Of a DNA stretch of 64,000 nucleotides, positions 57,799 through 64,000 are shown one piece after another. The stretch comes from Fidelibacterota bacterium. GTDB lineage: Bacteria > Fidelibacterota > Marinisomatia > Marinisomatales > JABMOV01. The DNA lies in contig JBHHUC010000001.1 of NCBI GenBank assembly GCA_046861395.1, positions 45,830-109,829 of the forward strand, written 5' to 3'. Position 1 is the first letter of the stretch; the number at the start of each line of letters is the position of its first letter. Made by a program: the position numbers and the translations under genes. The notes below the pieces were generated by a model. It was not told where the DNA came from. It saw nothing but the letters and a program-made list of their open reading frames with translations, and ran no database searches.

Positions 57799-59214
57799 AT
57801 GGAAGATATACACGTAAACATTGAAAAAACCTGGGAACGCCAACAGCTGCTTAAAGCCGAAGTCAATCGTTCCACCCCACAACAACGGATTGAAAAACTG
57901 CGTCGGTTACACCAGTGGATTCTAGATAACCGGCAGCGTATTCACGAAGCAGTTACGGCCGATTATTTTAAACCGCCGGAAGAGATCGATTTAACGGAAA
58001 TTTGGGTCAATACCACGGAATTGAAGAGCGTCATGCGTCATTTGAAGTCCTGGTTGCGTCCGAAACCTGTTCCCCGAACACTGGCAACGCTCACTGCAAA
58101 AGCCTGGGTGCAATATGAGCCCAAGGGGGTGGTTCTGATTATTTCCCCCTGGAATTATCCCATCAATTTATCTCTTGGGCCCCTGATTTCCGCCGTGGCG
58201 GCCGGGAATTGCGTTGTATTGAAACCATCCGAATTCACGCCGAACAGTTCGCATTTATTACGCACTATGTTGGATGAAGTATTTCCGAATGGAGAAGCAG
58301 TAGTTATTGAGGGTGATTACCGGGTAGCCGAAGCGCTGGAAGAAAAACCGTTCGATCATATATTCTTCACCGGCAGTCCCGCCGTGGGCAAAAAGGTAAT
58401 GGCGGCGGCAGCGCAACATTTAACATCAGTTACTCTTGAGTTGGGCGGCAAGTCTCCAACGATTATTGATCGTTCGGCTCGCCTGAAGGATACCGTTCGG
58501 AAAATTGTTTTCAGTAAATATCTCAACAACGCCCAGACGTGTATTGCGCCGGATTATATTCTGATACACGCTGATGTTGAAGCGGAATTTATTGCTTTCT
58601 TGAAAAAAGAAATAAGACGGGTTTATGGCAAGACGGCAGAAAAACAGAAACAGTCCACAAATTACGGTCGGCTGGTAAATAGAAACCATTTTTCCCGAAT
58701 ACACGATTTATTGGATCGCACGCAAGACGCCGGTGCAACCGTTATCATCGGCGGTGATTATGATGAGGAATCTTGCTGGTTTTCTCCCACGGTAATTAAA
58801 GATGTCCACTCCGATCATGCGGTCATGGAATCGGAAATTTTCGGACCTCTCCTGCCGCTGATCCGATATAATACACTAGACGAGGCATTGACAATAATCA
58901 ACGGCCGCCCCAAACCGCTGGCTCTGTATATTTTCAGCCAGGATAATCATGTCACCGATACCATTCTGCAGGAAACCAGTGCCGGCGGCACATGCATCAA
59001 TGATTGTATCATGCATTTTCTCCAGATGAACCTTCCCTTTGGTGGCGTGAATAACAGCGGAATCGGAAAGACCCATGGCATTTTCGGCCTGGAAGCCTTT
59101 TCCAACCGCCGGGCGATTCTGAAACAATCTCGCTGGAACCCCATTCTGCTTATTACACCACCCTATAACGGATTTAAACGAAGGTTAATCCGGATCATTA
59201 TAAAGTATATTTAA
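57799..59214 (+). CDS. Aldehyde dehydrogenase, ALDH3/CalB (fatty or aromatic aldehyde) type
   Basis: Start MEDIH; PWNYP, LKPSE, FTGS, LELGGKSP, QTCIAPDY, EIFGP, PKPLALY, PFGGV. Confidence 0.93.
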   Translation: MEDIHVNIEKTWERQQLLKAEVNRSTPQQRIEKLRRLHQWILDNRQRIHEAVTADYFKPPEEIDLTEIWVNTTELKSVMRHLKSWLRPKPVPRTLATLTAKAWVQYEPKGVVLIISPWNYPINLSLGPLISAVAAGNCVVLKPSEFTPNSSHLLRTMLDEVFPNGEAVVIEGDYRVAEALEEKPFDHIFFTGSPAVGKKVMAAAAQHLTSVTLELGGKSPTIIDRSARLKDTVRKIVFSKYLNNAQTCIAPDYILIHADVEAEFIAFLKKEIRRVYGKTAEKQKQSTNYGRLVNRNHFSRIHDLLDRTQDAGATVIIGGDYDEESCWFSPTVIKDVHSDHAVMESEIFGPLLPLIRYNTLDEALTIINGRPKPLALYIFSQDNHVTDTILQETSAGGTCINDCIMHFLQMNLPFGGVNNSGIGKTHGIFGLEAFSNRRAILKQSRWNPILLITPPYNGFKRRLIRIIIKYI

Positions 59215-59257
59215 GGAACGTTACATCTTTTTTCACCGCCAGGTCAATCACAATAAC

Positions 59258-62200
59258 ATGATCCGTTTCCAGCGTGTAATTCTATTCATCTTTATTGTTT
59301 CGATTCCGCTCTTGGGACAGCGTCCCCAATATGTTCAGCGGCACATGACGGTGGGTGACGGTCTTTCGCAAAATTTGGTTCGCACCCTGGCCATGGATGA
59401 TTACGGATTTCTCTGGTGCGGCACGGCCGACGGTCTGGATCGCTACGATGGTTATATGTTCCGAGAATTCCATTATCGTCCCAACGACAGCACGGCTCTG
59501 GCCGATAACGCCATTCAGGTCATCCGGAAAGACAGGGAAGGTTATCTGTGGATTGGAACAGAACAGGGTGGCCTGGATCGATATGATCCCGAAAATGAAC
59601 GGTTTGATCATTTCGGTTTGCCCGGTGAATTATCCCTACTGACGGAAAAACCAGAAATCACTTCATTGGCACCCGGAGGAGATTCGGTGTGGGTTGGGAT
59701 GTCAACCGGACTCTGGATTCTTTATCCGCAAGGTAAAACATGGGAATCACGACCCTTAACCAACAATGAAAGCGGAATAATTAAATCTTTATTACTGGAC
59801 CGGGATAATACATTATGGATCGGCACCGACCATGGCTTGTATCGCCGATTCCTTTCCAGTGGAGAGACAGAGGCTGTTTTCAACGCTTCCGGTGAAATTT
59901 TTAATAATAATGTTTTTTCTCTTTACCGCGATTCCATGAACCAACTCTGGGCCGCATGCCGTGGCGGTCTGTATTCAGTAGATGAAAACCAGTTGATCAT
60001 GAAACGTCTGGATTTAGGGCCTGAAGAGGATGACTGGGAAGTGTTTTCCCTGATCGAGGATAATCACGGTAAGCTGTGGATCGGTACCGACCGGTTAGGA
60101 TTATTCGGCCTGGATCTGAAATCGCGAAGGAGGTTCGCTGTTCGGCTGGATGAACAAAAAAAGGAAGAAATGAATCCCGCGGGAATATATTCCCTGTTAA
60201 TTGACAATGACGATTTACTGTGGGTCGGCACCCGGGGAAACGGTCTATTTGTCTTTAATACGCAACCTCTGTTCACGTATTACCCCGCCATTCCGGACGA
60301 TAATTACAGTTTGGCTGGTAACAGCGTCCGCGGAATTTATCTGAACCGGGATTCCGTACTGTGGGTGGGGGGATATACGGGATTAAAGGCCTTTGACCGG
60401 AAAAGAGGCACAGCACGACATTATCGCTATGATGCCGATGAAAAAGGCGGGCTTCCCAGCCCTGATATTTATTGTTTTGTGGAAGACGAAACCGGACAAC
60501 TGTGGATTGGAACGGAAGGGAAAGGACTCACCCGCCTAAACCCCCGGACCGGAGAATTTAAGCGTTTTCCCTCCCGGAAGGATGATCCCGGGTCCTGGAA
60601 AGGGGATTTTGTATTTGTTGCTTTTCTTACAAGCAAGGGAGATTTATGGTTTGGTACCGATCGGGGTGCAGTTCTCCTGAAAAAGGAAAATCGCATCCGG
60701 GAACGGTTTGAACATTTTGATTTGAAAGATCCTGACCTTCTTGGGCACGACGTTACCGCAATTACTGAGGATAAAGATGGTAATATTTGGATAGGAACGG
60801 AAAACAGCGGATTAAAATTATTCAATCCGTTTACAAATAATTTTATCACATTGAGCCATTCAAACAGTCGGCCCCAGTCCCTCAGCGATAATCGGATTTT
60901 ATGTCTCCTGCCCACCGAGGGTGGTGATTTGTGGATTGGGACCAAGGGCGGCGGATTGAATCGTTTGCTGGGCAATGATTTTAATCCTCTGAACCCGGCG
61001 ACCACTCGTTTCAAACATTATGGCGAAGAGGAAGGGCTACTGAACAGCGTGGTATACGGTATCATGGAAGACAGTAATGGGCTCCTATGGCTTAGCACCA
61101 ATGCCGGTATATGGCGATTTGATCCGGCAAGGGAAACGTTTCGGGATTTTCCTCTGATGGCGGGACAACAAAGCCGTGAATTTAACCGGGGGTCCTGGCA
61201 TAAAGGCTGGAACGGCGAAATGTTTTTTGGCGGGATTAACGGCTTGAATAGTTTTTTCCCCGAAAAATTCACGATTCCCTATAAGCCTCCTCCGCTGGCT
61301 TTCACCGATATCAGTGTATTTAATGCTGATATGCAATTGAGTAAAACCGGACAGAATGCCTGGCGCTCACTGTCAGCACCCAATCATATGCAGGAATTAA
61401 CCGTCAACCACAAGAATATTTCCACAACGTTTGAAATCTCCGCCCTGAGTTTTATCGATCCCCCCGGCAACCGTTATCGTTACCGTATTACCGGATTGAT
61501 TGATGACTGGTTAACCCTGCCGCCCAATAAACGGGACATTATTCTGACGCATTTACCTTCGGGAACCTATCAGGTTGAAATCCAGGCCGCCAATGCCTAC
61601 GGAATCTGGAACAAATCGGGGAAATCCTTGACACTGCGCGTGTCTCCACCTCCCTGGCTGAGCTGGTGGGCCCTCACCGGTTATGTCATGGCGATTCTGG
61701 GGATGTTCTGGTTTATTCGATGGTATGAATTGAAACGTTTACGTTTACGCAATCAATTAAAGGATCAGGAATTCATCACAAAAAGCCTGGAAGAAGTCAA
61801 CCGCCTGAAATCGGAATTCTTTGCCAATATATCCCATGAATTTCGAACCCCGCTGACCTTGATCAAGGGACGTCTGTCAGATATCCAATTGGCCCTGTCC
61901 AGTCATCAGCAAAAAAATCTGGATCGTCATTTTAAGGTTACCATGCGGAATTTGGACAATCTGGAAGATTTGATGAATCAAATGCTGGAATTATCCCGGA
62001 TAGAAGCGGGGACCATCACGCTTGATCTCCGAACCGGCGATCTGGTTCAATTTATCAAACACATCGAAACAACCCTTCGTCCGCTCGCTGAAAAGGCTGG
62101 CCTTTCCTTCTTTGTCCGTCTGCCGGATCATCCGGTCTTCGCCCGGTTTGATGAAATCAGGCTGGAACGTGTCGTACATAATCTGATTGTAAATGCGGTG

Positions 62201-63298
62201 GATTTTACTCCTGAGGGGGGCGAGGTCAACCTGAATCTGGATATCCCGACTTCAGAAAAGGCCGTGATTACGGTGGCTGATACCGGCACGGGTATACCGG
62301 CGGAAAAAATAGACCGAATATTCGAACGTTTTTACCAGGTGGATTCCTCTCTCACCCGGTCTCATGGCGGAACCGGTATCGGACTGGCCCTGGTAAAAGA
62401 ATTAACGGAACTGCACGGCGGCACAGTGTCCGTTTCCAGCCGGGAAAGAGAAGGGACGGTGTTTCGACTGGAATTGCCGGCCATTCCCGGAAAGGAACAG
62501 ACAGCCGCAACTTTTCAGGTCAACGACGAAAAACGCCGTGGCCGCACGGGTCTGTTGATTGTAGAGGACAATCGGGACATGGCTGAATATATCGCCGATT
62601 GTTTTGATGATAAGTTCATCACAGAATGGGCTGGTGACGGAATTAACGGTTTGGAAAAAGCCCGGGGTTTTCTGCCGGATATTATTATTTCTGATGTAAT
62701 GATGCCGCGCATGGATGGTTTTACCATGGTACGGGAAATCCGTTCCGACAAGATTTTGAGCCACGTTCCAATTATCATGCTGACGGCCAAATCCGACCGC
62801 AAAGACCGAATGGAAGGATTGGTATCTCTGGCCGATGCTTATGTGACCAAACCATTTAATCCCGAAGAATTACTGAGCCAAGTCAATAACTTATTACAGA
62901 ACCGCCGCCTTTTGATCAAGAAATTCTCTGACACTTGGATGATTAACCGGGATATTTCTCCCTATGATGGCCCGGACCAGGATTTTTTAGTCCAGCTCCA
63001 GGACGATATTCATTCCCACCTGGCTGATTCGGCCTATACCGTTGACAATATGGCTCGGGCTGTTTTTCTCAGCCGCAGGCAACTTGAGCGCCGCCTGCGG
63101 GACCTGGCTGGCATTACACCCAATGAACTGCTCCGCAAGACCCGTCTCGCCCAGGCTCGGACTCTCCTGGAAGAAAACACATCCCTTACTGTCGGGGAAG
63201 TGGCCCAACGTGTGGGTTTCCAGGACACCCGTTATTTTTCCCGCCTGTTCCGCCGGGAATTCGGCGCCACCCCCAGCGCTGTCAAGTCACAATCGTAG
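59258..63298 (+). CDS. Hybrid two-component system (beta-propeller, Y_Y_Y, HisKA, HATPase, REC, AraC)
   Basis: Repeated LW(I/V)GT blades; YRYRITG; ISHEFRTPL; GTGIGLALV; VEDN..SDVMMP..LTAK; VGFQDTRYFSRLF. Confidence 0.95.
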   Translation: MIRFQRVILFIFIVSIPLLGQRPQYVQRHMTVGDGLSQNLVRTLAMDDYGFLWCGTADGLDRYDGYMFREFHYRPNDSTALADNAIQVIRKDREGYLWIGTEQGGLDRYDPENERFDHFGLPGELSLLTEKPEITSLAPGGDSVWVGMSTGLWILYPQGKTWESRPLTNNESGIIKSLLLDRDNTLWIGTDHGLYRRFLSSGETEAVFNASGEIFNNNVFSLYRDSMNQLWAACRGGLYSVDENQLIMKRLDLGPEEDDWEVFSLIEDNHGKLWIGTDRLGLFGLDLKSRRRFAVRLDEQKKEEMNPAGIYSLLIDNDDLLWVGTRGNGLFVFNTQPLFTYYPAIPDDNYSLAGNSVRGIYLNRDSVLWVGGYTGLKAFDRKRGTARHYRYDADEKGGLPSPDIYCFVEDETGQLWIGTEGKGLTRLNPRTGEFKRFPSRKDDPGSWKGDFVFVAFLTSKGDLWFGTDRGAVLLKKENRIRERFEHFDLKDPDLLGHDVTAITEDKDGNIWIGTENSGLKLFNPFTNNFITLSHSNSRPQSLSDNRILCLLPTEGGDLWIGTKGGGLNRLLGNDFNPLNPATTRFKHYGEEEGLLNSVVYGIMEDSNGLLWLSTNAGIWRFDPARETFRDFPLMAGQQSREFNRGSWHKGWNGEMFFGGINGLNSFFPEKFTIPYKPPPLAFTDISVFNADMQLSKTGQNAWRSLSAPNHMQELTVNHKNISTTFEISALSFIDPPGNRYRYRITGLIDDWLTLPPNKRDIILTHLPSGTYQVEIQAANAYGIWNKSGKSLTLRVSPPPWLSWWALTGYVMAILGMFWFIRWYELKRLRLRNQLKDQEFITKSLEEVNRLKSEFFANISHEFRTPLTLIKGRLSDIQLALSSHQQKNLDRHFKVTMRNLDNLEDLMNQMLELSRIEAGTITLDLRTGDLVQFIKHIETTLRPLAEKAGLSFFVRLPDHPVFARFDEIRLERVVHNLIVNAVDFTPEGGEVNLNLDIPTSEKAVITVADTGTGIPAEKIDRIFERFYQVDSSLTRSHGGTGIGLALVKELTELHGGTVSVSSREREGTVFRLELPAIPGKEQTAATFQVNDEKRRGRTGLLIVEDNRDMAEYIADCFDDKFITEWAGDGINGLEKARGFLPDIIISDVMMPRMDGFTMVREIRSDKILSHVPIIMLTAKSDRKDRMEGLVSLADAYVTKPFNPEELLSQVNNLLQNRRLLIKKFSDTWMINRDISPYDGPDQDFLVQLQDDIHSHLADSAYTVDNMARAVFLSRRQLERRLRDLAGITPNELLRKTRLAQARTLLEENTSLTVGEVAQRVGFQDTRYFSRLFRREFGATPSAVKSQS

Positions 63299-63302
63299 AA
63301 AA

Positions 63303-63331
63303 TTGCGACCGATTGGGGGTACATTTGCGAC
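63303..63331. promoter_or_regulatory. Putative AraC/HTCS binding site (direct repeat)
   Basis: TTGCGAC at 63303 and 63325 (22-bp period), upstream of the next gene. Confidence 0.5.
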
Positions 63332-63467
63332 ATATCACCCCCGCTTCCTTCTTTTTCTAATCCTGCCCTCCTAATCTCCCCGTGCCCGCAGACGAATGGG
63401 GAGCTGTTTTTATAGGGATTGAACGGCTGCGGGAGAAAATAATCAGGCAACCAAGAAGGAGTATGCG

Positions 63468-64000
63468 ATGTTAAAGTCATTGACGAAAATCTTATCTGTA
63501 ACATTCATTATGTTTTCTATTTCCATGGCCCAGGTTTCACCAGGGGCAACCATCACAACGAATCTGACACTTACAGGCAATTTGGATGCATCGGCCTATG
63601 CCGGGTCCGCGTTAAAAATAGGTGCGGATAATATCACCATTGATGGTGCCGGTTATACCATCACTGTTAATGGGAATAATACAGCATTTGAATTGTATAA
63701 TCATCATCATGTGATTATCAAAAATGTAAACGTGGTTAGTTCTGTAGCCGGGCAGGGATATGGTATAAGGTTGCAGAATGCAAATTTTAACAAGATTACT
63801 GGGAACACATTTACAAATCTGGTTACTGGAATTTATACTTCTGGCACTAATTCTAATGACACGCTGGCCAGCAATTCAATCACAAATTCTTCGGGTACAG
63901 CTTTCGAATCCTATGTTCATAATTGCAATAATGTAGACTGGATTATCACTGGCAACACAGTAACCGGTGGTAGCGGTTGGGGTATTCAATACCAGGGTCG
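63468..64000 (+). CDS. Secreted parallel beta-helix (NosD/CASH-like) protein, truncated by the window end
   Basis: SD AAGGAG; manual translation MLKSLTKILSVTFIMFSISMAQ...NITIDGAGYTI..GYGIRL..KITGNTF..GIY..IITGNTV, open to the end. Confidence 0.8.
   Translation, partial: MLKSLTKILSVTFIMFSISMAQVSPGATITTNLTLTGNLDASAYAGSALKIGADNITIDGAGYTITVNGNNTAFELYNHHHVIIKNVNVVSSVAGQGYGIRLQNANFNKITGNTFTNLVTGIYTSGTNSNDTLASNSITNSSGTAFESYVHNCNNVDWIITGNTVTGGSGWGIQYQG

Noticed and set aside
63361..63460. Known riboswitch in the leader of the last gene
   Set aside because: Some pairing potential, but no recognisable TPP, cobalamin, SAM or c-di-GMP consensus; needs an Rfam/Infernal search

Overview
Replication-origin region of a Gram-negative FCB-group bacterium. 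Marinimicrobia/Marinisomatota-like is my inference from FlgD/T9SS-type C-terminal domains, the TBDR-PorV triad and the HTCS. Left third: recF(5' end)-dnaN-arfB, an oriC (DnaA-box array plus DnaA-trio/AT-rich unwinding element, 1914-2263), the surA-ppiase-mfd-mnmG-mnmE-yidC-yidD-rpmH operon with two parS sites, and dnaA. Unusually, dnaA lies about 10.7 kb from oriC/dnaN and on the opposite strand from dnaN, and rnpA is missing between rpmH and yidD. A 2151-aa mosaic repeat surface protein follows, then ssb, envelope and peptidase genes, and a putative copper-uptake operon with a Cys-rich, PPP-tailed leader ORF and an SD-sequestering RNA switch. From 39.8 to 59.2 kb, a perfect 24-bp palindrome separates two divergent arms. 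One arm is a TonB-dependent receptor / CTD surface protein / PorV-like triad. The other is a TetR-LolA-like-OMP-reductase-MMPL operon, followed by a tightly coupled PLP enzyme / kinase-like / Ntn-amidase / aldehyde dehydrogenase operon that may be an undescribed amino-alcohol (lipid amide) catabolic pathway. A hybrid two-component system and a truncated beta-helix gene close the window. No rRNA, tRNA, CRISPR or IS element was seen. All family calls come from motif recognition, not database searches.
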